Assembly (NCBI GenBank): GCA_963840965.1
Contig: CAWJAW010000009.1
Span: 256,487-320,486 of the forward strand
Reading direction: 5' to 3'
Length of the DNA stretch: 64,000 nt
Origin: an uncultured Bacteroidales bacterium
GTDB lineage: Bacteria; Bacteroidota; Bacteroidia; Bacteroidales; VadinHA17
Positions 49,501-59,900 of this stretch are shown here, piece after piece. The position numbers and the translations under genes are program-made. Position 1 is the stretch's first letter. The number at the start of each line of letters is the position of its first letter. Below the pieces are notes generated by a model. The model worked only from the letters and a program-made list of their open reading frames with translations, ran no database searches and was not told the DNA's origin.

Positions 49501-51693
49501 CTGTGCGGAGCAGCCGTTGATATCGACAACCGTAACTCTCACAAATCCAGCTCCTGCATTGAAGAAGGTCTTGGAATTGAATCCGGACGCTGCCACAGTG
49601 CCTCCTGTGGTATTATCATCCACAATGAAGGTGTAAGGCATAGTACCGCCTGCAGCATAGAAAGTGCCCATGCCGTCGTTATCGCCGAAGCAGTCGAGAA
49701 CGACATCTCCGGTCGACGACAGAGAAAGTGTGAGTGGCTCGGTTATCAGCAGGTTCGGATAAAGTATTACCGAACAGGCTATGTGAGCTGCATCTCTCAT
49801 CCTGACATCATAGGTGCCGGGTGCGAGGTTATTAAAGGTGCTGGTTCCATGCCATGAAACGCCTCCGGTAACTGAATACTCATAGGTACCATAACCACCA
49901 ACAGGATTAGTAATGGTAATCGTCCCGTCATCAAATCCGTTGCACGACACTTCGGTCTTGCTGACCGTTGCCGAAAGCATTGCCGGCTGTGTGATAACAT
50001 AGGCGTTGTTAAGAACAATTATGCATCCGGGATGAGCGGCATCCCTTATAAGGATGTTGTAGGCGCCGGCTATAAGGTTTGTAAATATGCCGGTCGAATT
50101 CCATGAACCTCCGCCGTTGATGCTGTATTCATACGTACCGTAGCCGCCCGTTGCACCGCTTATCGTTATTGTGCCGTCATTTCCGCCGAAACAACTGACG
50201 TTCGTGCTGTTGATAGTGGCCGAAAGGACTGCCGGTTCTGTGATCTCAAGCGCCGGATCCAGGATCATAACGCACAGAGGATTGGCGGCATCCCTTATAC
50301 TGACTTCGTAGGTTGCAGGTACAAGGTTGCTGAAGGTACCGAATCCCTGCCAGGTGGTACCATTTATGCTGTACTGGTAAGTACCATAGCCGCCTGACGG
50401 ATTGGTTATGCTGATTGTACCGTTATTGGCTCCGAAGCAGGTCACATCGGTCTTGTCAACCGTTGCTGAAAGAACAGCAGGTTCGTTGATGACAAGTGCC
50501 GGGTTCAAGGTTATAACGCATCCGGGATTGGCTGCATCACTGATCCTTACGTCGTATGTTCCAGGTTCAAGGTTGGCAAATGTGCCTGGTCCCTGCCATG
50601 ATGCACCACCGTCAATACTGTAAGCATATGTTCCATAACCGCCATTGGGCGATGTTATGGTTATAGTACCATTGTCCGCTCCGAAGCAGGTCACATGAGT
50701 CCTGTTTACCTGTGCCGTAAGCACTGCGGGTTCACTTATCCTGAACGATCCGTCGAGTATAACCACACAAAGAGGATTGGCTGCATCGCGTATCTGGACA
50801 TTGTAATAACCAGGGGCAAGTGAGCTGAAACTTCCTGATGCCTGCCAGTTAAGACCGCCGTTAATACTGTATCCGTATGTTCCGTAGCCTCCCGTTGCAC
50901 CGCTAATGGTTATTGTACCATTATTTGCACCAAAACAGGTTACATTGGTACCGGCCAGGTCCGCGGCCAGCCTGTCCGGCTGGGTGATGATCAGGGACGG
51001 ATCGAGAATTATCGAGCATGCAATGTTGTTTGCATCCCTTATCCTTACATCGTAGCTTCCGGGAGTAAGGTAATTGAATACTCCTGACGACTGCCATGCT
51101 GCACCGCCGTTTACTGTGTACTGGTAAGTTCCGTAACCGCCGGCAGCGCCGGTGATCTCAATCCTGCCGTCATTGGCGCCGTTACATGTCACCATTGAGG
51201 CTGTGACCGTTGCAGAAAGAACAGGAGGTTCGGTAATCACAAGGGCCGGATCGAGTATCATTACGCAGGCCGGATGTGCCCGGTCGCGGATCCTGACATC
51301 ATAGGAGCCCGGAGCCAGACCGCTGAAGGTACCTGATGTCTGCCAGTTAATGCCTCCATCGACACTGTAATCATAAGTACCATAGCCTCCGGAAGGTGAT
51401 GATATTATTATCGTGCCGTCATTTGCTCCGAAACAGGTGATCCCTGTTTTGCTGACTGCGGCTGAAAGAACGACCGGTTCGGTTATGACAACCGAAGGAT
51501 TGAGGATTATGACACAGGTCTGATTGACAGCATCCCTGATCCTGACATCATAAGTACCGGGAGCAAGGCCGGTGAATGATCCGGAAGCCTGCCAGTTGGA
51601 ACCGCCATCGCGGCTGTACTCATAGCTTCCATAGCCGCCCGTCGCATTGGTAATGGTTATTGTACCGTTATTAGCACCGTTGCAGGTGACCAT
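46222..51693 (-). CDS. giant T9SS adhesin, C-terminal fragment (SprB repeats, Ig-like, PKD-like, type-B CTD)
   Basis: 1823 aa. About 8 SprB-type repeats (VTCxGANDGTITI..GGYGTYxYS.DGG..WQ..G.F..L.PG.Y.V.IRDA...C), then Ig-like modules, PKD-like modules (W.FGDG..S), then the CTD. The reading frame continues upstream after a 1-nt shift. Confidence 0.9.
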   Translation of the reverse strand: MVTCNGANNGTITITNATGGYGSYEYSRDGGSNWQASGSFTGLAPGTYDVRIRDAVNQTCVIILNPSVVITEPVVLSAAVSKTGITCFGANDGTIIISSPSGGYGTYDYSVDGGINWQTSGTFSGLAPGSYDVRIRDRAHPACVMILDPALVITEPPVLSATVTASMVTCNGANDGRIEITGAAGGYGTYQYTVNGGAAWQSSGVFNYLTPGSYDVRIRDANNIACSIILDPSLIITQPDRLAADLAGTNVTCFGANNGTITISGATGGYGTYGYSINGGLNWQASGSFSSLAPGYYNVQIRDAANPLCVVILDGSFRISEPAVLTAQVNRTHVTCFGADNGTITITSPNGGYGTYAYSIDGGASWQGPGTFANLEPGTYDVRISDAANPGCVITLNPALVINEPAVLSATVDKTDVTCFGANNGTISITNPSGGYGTYQYSINGTTWQGFGTFSNLVPATYEVSIRDAANPLCVMILDPALEITEPAVLSATINSTNVSCFGGNDGTITISGATGGYGTYEYSINGGGSWNSTGIFTNLIAGAYNILIRDAAHPGCIIVLNNAYVITQPAMLSATVSKTEVSCNGFDDGTITITNPVGGYGTYEYSVTGGVSWHGTSTFNNLAPGTYDVRMRDAAHIACSVILYPNLLITEPLTLSLSSTGDVVLDCFGDNDGMGTFYAAGGTMPYTFIVDDNTTGGTVAASGFNSKTFFNAGAGFVRVTVVDINGCSAQAVINITQPADLTPGSIEDNQVVCYGNNPVPITQVTGPAGGPGAYIYQWQSSANAAGPFVNIAANANLSGYTPPSGATYTQHYRRMVTSGTCMPVYSNVVEVLVNPRPVAFLTGGATICPGESSVIRVTMLSGTGPFTVNIANHGVVNSYDSGDDIIVTPFPAVTTTYSLISVTDANGCNVTEPSPNLSGTATVIVSDLPVITSFTPSPAVCEFNLASFRVTATGTNLTYQWFVNDGSGPVPTTDGGTYFGSMTPTLQIFNTIRGMDGFVYHVEVTGCGTTVTSADATLTVNTAPEITIHPKDSTVCLGQDAIFEADADGDGVTWQWYVNKGAGFILSTDDAHITGSTTSTLSVTNAQAIHNNWVFRAVAAGICGVPVNTNFAVLRVVNPPAVTLHPTAPPICENGSITLLGNGTGYTSLQWQVFSGGVWTNLTDNATYIGTNTQQLAIMNAPVALNTNQYRLALITGCATTYTNPATLTVNANPVVDFSAIDPVAACGGVPIVIDGNPTGGSGIYTQHRWTGDVGPLNSYTVQSPAFTSFISGTYNMNYRVTDSNGCTSNDDVAVVVDSPSAQFTQDVDYGCTPVSVTFSKDMTGITSFTWDFDDGTTNTVDASPVHVFVNSNPGSIEYHNVKLTVESPGGCSAEYTRLVTVYPAVDATFTPNVDVICSGNSITFTALPGATRYFWEYGDGVSGYATNVSSHLYVNLTTAPVVHTVRLTTTSFYNCVDTKTFDITVMPVPLPQFTADPVTQIFDPAGNPVQFTNETSDGTWNWLWRFGDSGTSTDENPVHSYNDVGTYTVTLIASNANCSDSVSHDVSVVPPAPVALFDSIPSGCAPLYVTINNTSLNTEVPGTTYRWDFGDGSISTAKNPTYTYFTPGTYRIELVVTGPGGNSMYTQVVEAWPSPKAYFEIAPPLVYVNDERVRCFNLSQGATSYLWDFGDGDTSKVKEPYHRYMDEGDYDITLWAYSTNGCTDMYKLSPAVTVEPVGEIRFATVFTPNKTGPIERSDLPTGGTEVDQFFYPPIRQKVINYKLQIFNRLGVLIFESRDINIPWNGYYKGQLCPQGVYVWYVEGKYADGKPFKIVGNVTLLQ

Positions 51694-51712
51694 GGTAGTC
51701 GTAATGACTCCG

Positions 51713-53593
51713 TTAAGAACGGCGCGGCTGGGTTATCTGAAGAGCGTTATTGAGCACTATCAGGCATGAAGGATGGGCCGCATCGCGTGTTATAACATTG
51801 TAATAACCCGGTCCGAGACCAGTGAAGCTGCCTGACGACTGCCATGCACCGCCTCCGTTGATGCTGAATTCATAAGTGCCGTAACCGCCTGTCGGGTTTG
51901 TGATGGTGATAGTACCATCGGCGCTGCCGAAACAGGTCACGTTGGTCCTGGCAACATCAGCATTTAAAACAGAGGGCTGGGTTATATCAAGGGCCGGATC
52001 AAGTGTAAGCTCGCATGTCGGATGAATTGCATCGCGCATTCTGACATCATAGGTGCCGGGAGCAAGGTTTGAGAAGGTGTTCAGACCTGACCAGTTGACT
52101 CCGCCATTGATTGAATATTCATAGCTTCCGTATCCGCCTGTTGAATTTGTGATGGTGATGATGCCGTTATTCGCACCGAAACATGTCACCATTGTGGGTG
52201 TCACCGTGGCCGAAAGAATTGCCGGTTCGGTAATGACAAGTGCCGGGTTCAAGGTTATAACGCATCCTGGATTTGCAGCATCTCCGATCATTACATCATA
52301 TGTTCCGGGTTCGAGGTTACTAAATATGCCTGATCCCTGCCATGTTGTACCGCCGTCAATACTGTAAGCATAAGTTCCGTAACCTCCCGTTGCACCGCTA
52401 ATAGTAATCCTTCCATCATCGGCACCGTTGCATGTAACGTTCATGCTGGTGACGTTAGCCGAAAGAACCGGAGGTTCCGTTATCCTGAGCGATCCGTTGA
52501 GCGTTACCATACATGTCGGGAAGGCTGCATCCCTTATCATCACATTGTAGAAGCCCGGAGCAAGGGCGATGAAGTTTCCGCTTGTCTGCCAGTTGGTTCC
52601 GCCATCGGTGCTGTATTCGTAAGTTCCGTATCCGCCCCGGGGATTTATTATTGTTATTGTTCCGTCGTTCGCCCCGTAGCAGGTTACATTGGTGCTTGCC
52701 ACATCCGCGGCCAGCTTGTCCGGCTGAGTTATTTCAAGGGCCGGATCAAGAACTATCTCGCATGTTATATCGGCTGCATCCCTTATCCTTACATTATAGG
52801 TTCCGGGAGCCAGGCCGGTGAAAGTACCGGATGTCTGCCACGATGAACCGCCGTTCACAGTGTAGGAATAAGCTCCGGACCCGCCAAGAGGATTGGATAT
52901 TGTTATCGTTCCGTTAATTGCGCCGTTACATGTAACGTTTGTCGATGCAAGGTCGGCGCTTATCGGGTCGGGCTGGGTGATCGTTGCCGCGGGAAGCGTT
53001 ACCACGCACAATGGATTGGCCCTGTCCCTGATCCTTACATCATATATACCCGGAGCCAGATTGCTGAACGTACCTGTCAGCTGCCAGTTGCTTCCTCCAT
53101 CGGCTGAATATTCATAAGTGCCGTAACCGCCTGTTGGATTCGATATTATTATTCTGCCGTTGTTCGATCCGTTGCAGGTTATATTAACTGCTGTAACCAC
53201 AGCATTGAGTTCTGCCGGTTCTGTTATAACAAGTTGCGGGTTCAATATAACGAAGCATCCGTTATACAGGGCATCTCTCATCCTTACGTCATATGTTGCC
53301 GGTTGCTGGTTGGTAAATGTGCCCGATCCCTGCCAGGTTGAACCACCATCAATACTGTATTCATAAGTTCCGTATCCGCCGAGCGGGTTGGTAATGGTTA
53401 TTATCCCGTTGTTGGCTCCGAAACAGGTCACCATGGTGGTTGTTATGGTTGCCCTGAGTATTGCCGGCTGGGTAATGCCAAGCGCATTATTGAGGACAAT
53501 TACACAACCCTGATGGGCCGCATCCCTGATCTGGACGTTGTAGGTTCCCTGGCTGAGCCCGGTGAAACTTCCCGACGCCTGCCATGCAGCCAC
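51713..53593 (-). CDS. giant adhesin fragment (8 SprB repeats)
   Basis: 626 aa made purely of SprB-type repeats. Joined to its neighbours by single-nucleotide frame breaks at about 51721-51727 and about 53590. Confidence 0.85.
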   Translation of the reverse strand: MAAWQASGSFTGLSQGTYNVQIRDAAHQGCVIVLNNALGITQPAILRATITTTMVTCFGANNGIITITNPLGGYGTYEYSIDGGSTWQGSGTFTNQQPATYDVRMRDALYNGCFVILNPQLVITEPAELNAVVTAVNITCNGSNNGRIIISNPTGGYGTYEYSADGGSNWQLTGTFSNLAPGIYDVRIRDRANPLCVVTLPAATITQPDPISADLASTNVTCNGAINGTITISNPLGGSGAYSYTVNGGSSWQTSGTFTGLAPGTYNVRIRDAADITCEIVLDPALEITQPDKLAADVASTNVTCYGANDGTITIINPRGGYGTYEYSTDGGTNWQTSGNFIALAPGFYNVMIRDAAFPTCMVTLNGSLRITEPPVLSANVTSMNVTCNGADDGRITISGATGGYGTYAYSIDGGTTWQGSGIFSNLEPGTYDVMIGDAANPGCVITLNPALVITEPAILSATVTPTMVTCFGANNGIITITNSTGGYGSYEYSINGGVNWSGLNTFSNLAPGTYDVRMRDAIHPTCELTLDPALDITQPSVLNADVARTNVTCFGSADGTITITNPTGGYGTYEFSINGGGAWQSSGSFTGLGPGYYNVITRDAAHPSCLIVLNNALQITQPRRS

Positions 53594-54527
53594 CTCCGTT
53601 AATTGAATATTGATACGTGCCGTAACCGCCGGTCGGATTGGTAATTGTTATAGTTCCATCGGACCCGCCGAAACAGGTCACATTTGTGCTGGCTATATCG
53701 GCATCAAGCACGACCGGCTGGGTGATTTCCAGGGCCGGATCGAGAATCGCTTCGCATGTAATATTAGCAGCATCCCTGATCCTGACATCATAATTGCCGG
53801 GTAAAAGTCCGGTGAAATTGCCGACCATGGTCCATGTGACACCACCGTTTATGCTGTACTGATAAGTACCATAACCTCCGGCCGGATCGCTGATGGTAAT
53901 AATGCCGTTATTTGCTCCGAAACAGGATATCATTGTCGGTGTAACGGTAGCGGACAGAGGCAGAGGCTCGGTTATAACGAGTCCCGGGTTCAAAGTAATA
54001 ACGCATCCGGGATTTGCGGCATCTCCGATCCTTACGTCATATGTTCCGGGTACAAGGTTAATAAATGTGCCTGATCCCTGCCAGGTTGTACCACCATCAA
54101 TACTGTATCTGTAAGTTCCGTAACCGCCCATCGGATTGGTGATGGTTATCCTGCCGTCATCGGCGCCATAGCATGTTATGGCGCTACCGGCAACGCTTGC
54201 CGACAGCACTGCCGGTTGGGTAATCTGAAGAGCCGGACGAAGTGTGATCTCGCAAGTGATGTTTGCAGCATCCCTTATTTTTACATTATAGAAACCCGGG
54301 GCAAGGCCGGTGAAGATGTTTCCGTTCTGCCAAACTGTGCCGCCGTCTATGGTATACTGATAGGTCCCGTATCCGCCCAATGGGTTTGTGATCGTTATAG
54401 TACCATCAGCCGCCCCGTTGCAGGTAACATTGGCACTGGTCACTGTTGCCGACAGAACCGGAGGTTCCGTTATCTGAAGTGCAGGATTGAGGGTTATAAA
54501 GCAGGCAGGATTGACCCTGTCACGCAT
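53487..54527 (-). CDS. giant adhesin fragment (SprB repeats)
   Basis: 346 aa of SprB-type repeats. The upstream part of the same repeat is readable after a frame break at about 54719-54720. Confidence 0.85.
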   Translation of the reverse strand: MRDRVNPACFITLNPALQITEPPVLSATVTSANVTCNGAADGTITITNPLGGYGTYQYTIDGGTVWQNGNIFTGLAPGFYNVKIRDAANITCEITLRPALQITQPAVLSASVAGSAITCYGADDGRITITNPMGGYGTYRYSIDGGTTWQGSGTFINLVPGTYDVRIGDAANPGCVITLNPGLVITEPLPLSATVTPTMISCFGANNGIITISDPAGGYGTYQYSINGGVTWTMVGNFTGLLPGNYDVRIRDAANITCEAILDPALEITQPVVLDADIASTNVTCFGGSDGTITITNPTGGYGTYQYSINGGGCMAGVGKFHRAQPGNLQRPDQGCGPSGLCNCPQ

Positions 54528-54657
54528 TCTGACATCGTATGTTCCCGGGGCCAGGTTACTGAAATTGCCTGTCAGATGCCAGCTGCCACCTGCATTGACT
54601 GTGTATTCATAGGTACCATAGCCGCCTGTTGCTCCGCTGACGGTTATGGTACCATTG

Positions 54658-57600
54658 TTAGCGCCGTAACAGGTAACGTTGGTACTGCCAACTGTTGCTG
54701 CCAGCTGAGCCGGTTCTGTTAATAACGACTGCCGGACTGAGGATCACCACGCAAAGCGGAAATGCCCTGTCGCGTATCCTGACGTCGTAGGTACCGGCTG
54801 AAAGTCCGGTGAAAACGGGCGTGTCCTGCCAGTTGCTTCCACCGTCGTGGCTGTACTGGAAAGTTCCGTAACCGCCTGAAGGATTGGTTATGGTTATGGT
54901 ACCATTACCGGCTCCGAAACAGGTAATATCTGTTTTGGAAACGGTACCCGTCAGCTGTGCCGGACCGGTTATCTGTAAGCCCGGATTGAGCGTCATCATG
55001 CATGTCGGATTGACAAGATCCCTAATCACTATCACATAGGTTCCGGGAGCAAGTCCGGTGAACAATCCCGATCCATCCCATGTAGTGCCTCCGTCGATGC
55101 TGTACTCCCATGTTCCCGAGCCTCCTGTTGAGCCCGTGATGCTTATCGTGCCATCGTCGGCACCATAACATGTTACGTTTGTACGGGCCACAGCGGCATT
55201 CAGCGGCTGAGGCTGGGTAAGGGTGGTGTTAGCTGTTGCGGAACATCCCTTCGAGTCGGAGACGGTAACGCCATAATAGCCTGCATTGAGTCCTGCTATA
55301 TCTTCCGTTGGAGCCGTAAACCCGTTCGGACCGGTCCATGAAATCCCGAACGGAGCAGTTCCGCCCGTGATGGTCATGTCGATTGATCCGGTCGGAACAT
55401 TGTGACATATCAGATTGGTTCCTGTAAGAGAAAGCGAAGGCGGCTGGTTTACGGTGATAGTTGCAGTTCCCGAAAGCACTCCGTCGCAGTTGTTAAAGTC
55501 GGTGAGCGAAGTGAGAGTGTAGGTTGTGCTGACCAGCGGCGATACGTTCACCGTGTAAACATTGTTCGGATAGTTGGTCACCGGAATCGTTGTAGTTCCG
55601 TCGCTGTATGTGAAGGTGAAGGGAGCGACGCCTGTAAACGTCATGGTGAGCGTTAGCGAACCACCCCGGCAAAGTTCTCCAAGGCCGCTTATTATTCCGG
55701 TCGGTTTCGGGAAGTAGGTTATTGTCGTGCTTCCGGTTCCGGTTGCGGTGCATCCGGTGGCATCGGTTATATTCACTATGGTATATGTACCGGCCAGAGT
55801 TGCATTTATGATATAGGGATTATCGCTCGTAGTGACAGGGTCCTGAGCTACGCCATTAATGGCGTAGTTGAAGGAGAATGGAGCTGTACCTATGAACGAG
55901 ACGTTCAGCGGTCTTGTTCCTCCGTCGCACATGTTGCCGCCGTTGCTGATGTTGGCTGAAGGCTGCGGATTTACAGTTACTGAGAACGGATTATGGTTGG
56001 TGACGCATCCGGCGATGTTGGTTTCGCGGACCATTATGGTGCCGCCCACATTACCGAAGAGCACCGATATGCTGCTTGCCGAAGGATTACCTATTATCGC
56101 GGCTCCCCCTGGAAGTGTCCAGCTGTAGGTCGATCCAACCCTGTTTGTAACGCTGTAGGTATGAGTTGTGTAAGCGCAGACTACAGCATCGCCTGTTATA
56201 TCTTCTTTGGCAGGACTTTCCCATACCTGAACAGGCAGGATGAAGGGATCGCCCGAACATCCCAGCGAGTTAGTCTCGAAAACGGTAATATTGCCCGTTC
56301 CCGGTGTTAAGGAAGCTGATATCATTATGGCGTTGGTATTGAAGTCGAATGTCTTCATGCCAACAGCCGGATCGACTGTCCAGGTGAAAGATGAACCACC
56401 GACAGGAGGGACAGTATAAACAACAGGGTTGTCTCCGACGCAGAGGTCGTCCCTTCCGGAAATTGCCGGGGGTAGCGGCTCCTGATTTATTGTAATGACA
56501 ACAGGCACAGCATTACCGGCACAGCCGTCAGCGCTTGTGGGGATGATGTTGTATGTTGCGGTTATCGGAGCTGAGCCGTAGTTGGTGATCACATCGGCAA
56601 TATGAATTGTACCTGAAGGATCAGCGTCAACAAAGACGCCGGCAGTGCCCTGAGGTGATGAATCGGACATCGAGGGAGCGTCCCAGTTGAAGATGGTGCC
56701 GGCAGGAGTGTTAGCGGGAACAAGCAATATTTCATAATCAATCGGAACTCCGGAGCAGACGGTCCCGGTCTGGCCGGGGACTATCACCGGCTGGGGACGG
56801 ATCGTCATTACCACATCGACCGGATCGCCGAAACAGTCGGGAGCCAATACGGGCTGCACACGATATGTTACAGTCTTGTTGACGCCCGTAAGGTTGCTGT
56901 AGATATCGCCCGACAGGAAGGTTGCCGGTGCTGTTCCATTCGGAATAACAGCATTTGTTCCGGCCGGTGTCAGTCCGGTTTCATAATTGACCGATATGAT
57001 ATTATAATGCGAAGGTGTTACCGATCCGGCAGCTTCCTTAAGCACCAGGCCAATCGGAACGTTACTGCATGCAAAGTCATTGAGGTCCGGATCGAGGACC
57101 GGTTCGGAGCCGATCAGGAAAACAATATCTTCAGGTTCGCCGGCACAGCCGTTGTAATACGGAGTGACGGTATAGGTAGCTGTACCTACAAGGCCGAGAG
57201 TATTTATGAAAGTGTCGGTGATATTGGCTGATGAAGCGCTGTTCCTTGCCGTTCCTCCCGTGAAGGCAGGATTGACCGGATTAAGGACGGGGGCATCCCA
57301 TCTGAATGTAACTCCTGCGGCAGGATTGGTGAAATTATCGAGCTGAATTTCGAAGTCAAGGGCATTGCCCGAACAGGCGTTTTCCGTCTGACCCGGAGTA
57401 ATGACGGGTTCAGGTTTCACAACAATGGTGATGTCGGCCGGATTACCTTCGCAGCCTGCTGCGCTGACCGGAACGACAGTGTAGACCACATTAACGTTGG
57501 CGGAGGTGACATTGATCCAGGCATCGTCCGAGATGGATGAAGACGGAAGACCGGAGCCCGAAGACGGAAGTCCGGCTGAAGCGGTCAATCCGTTAGAATT

Positions 57601-57840
57601 GATGTTTGTTATATTATAGGAAGCTGCCGCAACACCTCCAGCGTTTACGGCCAGGGTTATGCCTGTTGCTTCACGACTGCATACCGTTGTTCCCGGAGTA
57701 GCCATTACCGGCTCCGGATTGACGGTTATGGTCATTGTAGTCGGATTGCCGGTACAGTTTGAAGCGCTGACCGGTACTACTGTGTAGATTACATTTACGG
57801 GGACGGGGGTGGTATTTCTCCAGGCATCGTCAGCTATCAC
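54658..57840 (-). CDS. giant adhesin fragment (Ig-like modules then first SprB repeats)
   Basis: 1060 aa with recurring ..C.G.....ITVNP.P modules and a C-terminal onset of SprB repeats. Confidence 0.85.
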   Translation of the reverse strand: MIADDAWRNTTPVPVNVIYTVVPVSASNCTGNPTTMTITVNPEPVMATPGTTVCSREATGITLAVNAGGVAAASYNITNINSNGLTASAGLPSSGSGLPSSSISDDAWINVTSANVNVVYTVVPVSAAGCEGNPADITIVVKPEPVITPGQTENACSGNALDFEIQLDNFTNPAAGVTFRWDAPVLNPVNPAFTGGTARNSASSANITDTFINTLGLVGTATYTVTPYYNGCAGEPEDIVFLIGSEPVLDPDLNDFACSNVPIGLVLKEAAGSVTPSHYNIISVNYETGLTPAGTNAVIPNGTAPATFLSGDIYSNLTGVNKTVTYRVQPVLAPDCFGDPVDVVMTIRPQPVIVPGQTGTVCSGVPIDYEILLVPANTPAGTIFNWDAPSMSDSSPQGTAGVFVDADPSGTIHIADVITNYGSAPITATYNIIPTSADGCAGNAVPVVITINQEPLPPAISGRDDLCVGDNPVVYTVPPVGGSSFTWTVDPAVGMKTFDFNTNAIMISASLTPGTGNITVFETNSLGCSGDPFILPVQVWESPAKEDITGDAVVCAYTTHTYSVTNRVGSTYSWTLPGGAAIIGNPSASSISVLFGNVGGTIMVRETNIAGCVTNHNPFSVTVNPQPSANISNGGNMCDGGTRPLNVSFIGTAPFSFNYAINGVAQDPVTTSDNPYIINATLAGTYTIVNITDATGCTATGTGSTTITYFPKPTGIISGLGELCRGGSLTLTMTFTGVAPFTFTYSDGTTTIPVTNYPNNVYTVNVSPLVSTTYTLTSLTDFNNCDGVLSGTATITVNQPPSLSLTGTNLICHNVPTGSIDMTITGGTAPFGISWTGPNGFTAPTEDIAGLNAGYYGVTVSDSKGCSATANTTLTQPQPLNAAVARTNVTCYGADDGTISITGSTGGSGTWEYSIDGGTTWDGSGLFTGLAPGTYVIVIRDLVNPTCMMTLNPGLQITGPAQLTGTVSKTDITCFGAGNGTITITNPSGGYGTFQYSHDGGSNWQDTPVFTGLSAGTYDVRIRDRAFPLCVVILSPAVVINRTGSAGSNSWQYQRYLLRR

Positions 57841-59900
57841 ACTGCCTGCGAAGTCCGTTGCCGGGCGCAGGGGAATCCGCTGATGCGATAAGATCCGTTG
57901 GGATTTATTGATGTTATATTATATGAAGACGCAGCGACACTTCCGGAGGCAGTTGCCAGATTGAAGTTCAGAGGGGCATCGCTGCAGAGGGTAGTATTGA
58001 GGTTTGCAAGTACGGGTTCTGGATTGACAGTTATTGTGACAGTCATCGGATTGCCAGGGCAACCAGATGCACTCACCGGCACAACTGTATAGACTACATC
58101 GACGGGACCGGATGTCGTGTTGGTCCACGCATCGTTTGCTATGACGTTGGCCGCGAGCCCGTTGCCGGGGGCAGGGGAACCTGCAGATGCGGTTAATCCG
58201 TTTGCATTGATTGAGGTGATATTATAAGAAGAAGCTGCCACGCTTCCTGCTGCAGTTGCAAGGCTGAATCCCAGTGCCTCGTCGCTGCACCTGGTAGTAT
58301 TCAGGGATGCAAGGACAGGCTCGGGATTGATAGTGATAGTCATCGTATAGGTATCGCCGGAACAGCCGTTAACCCCCACCGGAACGATTGAATAGACGAC
58401 ATTCACGGGAGCGTTGGTGGTGTTGGTCCAGGCATCATCTGCAATGACAGTGGCCGCAAGCCCCGTGCCGCTCGCCGGTGAGCCCGCTGACGCCGTAAGT
58501 CCATTAGCATTGATAGCTGTTATATTATAGCTGGCAGCAGGTGAACTACCCAGTGCAAGGCTCAGATTGAATCCGAAGGCGGCGTCGCTGCAGATGCTTC
58601 TGTCGAGGTTTGCCAGCACTGGTTCAGGCCGTACCGTAAGGGTTACATCGACCGGGTTGCCGGCACAACCGGCAGCGCTTACCGGAACAACAGTATAGAC
58701 CACGTTAACATTGGCGGCGGTCTTGTTGGTCCATGCATCATCAGCAATTACGCCTGCAAGCAGGCCGTTGCCAACGGCAGGGGAACCTGCTGAGGAAATA
58801 AGTCCGCCGTCGTTTATGGATGTGATATTGTACGCAGCGGCCGGAACGCTCGTCCCTGCAACCGCAAGGGTTATTCCCGAGGGAGCATCGCTGCACACCG
58901 CGTTTGAAAGATTAGCAAGCGAAGGTTCCGGATTTACAGTAATGGTTATTGTGCGCGGATCGCCCAGGCACCCTGCAGCGCTGACCGGGACTACAGTATA
59001 GATTACGTTGACGGGACTGGCCGTGGTGTTGGTCCAGGCGTCATTGGCAATGACGTTGGCAGGGAGCACGGAGCCCGTGGCAGGTGAGCCTGCTGAAGCG
59101 GTTAATCCGTTTGCATTTATTGAAGTTATATTGTATGAAGCTGCAGGGACGCTTCCTGTTGCAACTGCAAGGTTGAATCCCAGCGGCTCGTCGCTGCACC
59201 TGGTTGCATTGAGAGTTGCAAGAGAAGGCTCCGGATTTACGGTGATAGTCATTGAATAAGTATCACCCGTGCAGCCGTTAGTACCAACAGGAACGATTGA
59301 ATAGACGACGTTCACGGGAGCATTGCTCAGGTTCCTCCATGCATCATCAGCAATAACATTGGCAGCGAGCGCGGTACCGATCGCCGGAGATCCCGCTGAC
59401 GCCGTAAGCCCGTTGTTATTTATGGCGGTGATATTATAAGATGCCGCAGGAGAACTTCCTGCTGCAACCGAGAGACTGAACCCAAGAGCCTCATCGCTGC
59501 ACTTTGAAGTACTTAGATTTGCAAGAACAGGTTCGGGCCTTACTGTCAGGGTTACATTCTCCGCATTTCCGGCACAGCCCTGCGAGCTTACCGGCACCAC
59601 CGAATATATAACGTTTACGTTGGCAGAAGTCTTGTTTGTGTATGCATCATCAGCGATCACATTGGCCGCGAACGCCGTACCGGTCGCCGGAGATCCCGCC
59701 GACGGAGTAAGACTATTCATACTGATGGACGCGATATTGTATGTGAGTCCGGTTATTGTTGCACCCGGATTGGAAATTGAAAAAGTGATTGCCGAAACCT
59801 CATCACTGCAGACGGTATTGCTCAATGAAGCAAGATCGGGGATATCATTTATGTTAAAGGAATGTGCAGGTGTCATCCATGGACCTGTGCCGCATCCGTT
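57400..59900 (-). repeat. tandem array of about 9 ~95-aa coding modules with a 3-module higher-order period
   Basis: Module subtypes recur every third unit (SPAASYNITAIN..VVYSIVPVG.NGC.GDTY.MTIT / ..ANVIANDAWTNTT.. / ..TLTVRPEPVLANL..). Boundaries are approximate. Confidence 0.7.

Larger units (their letters stand above)
49500..55400 (-). repeat. tandem array of about 24 SprB-type coding repeats (~230 nt each)
   Basis: Counted from the recurring ..IRDA...C..-..VTC.G..DG.I.I.. units across four ORF fragments. Boundaries are approximate. Confidence 0.8.
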
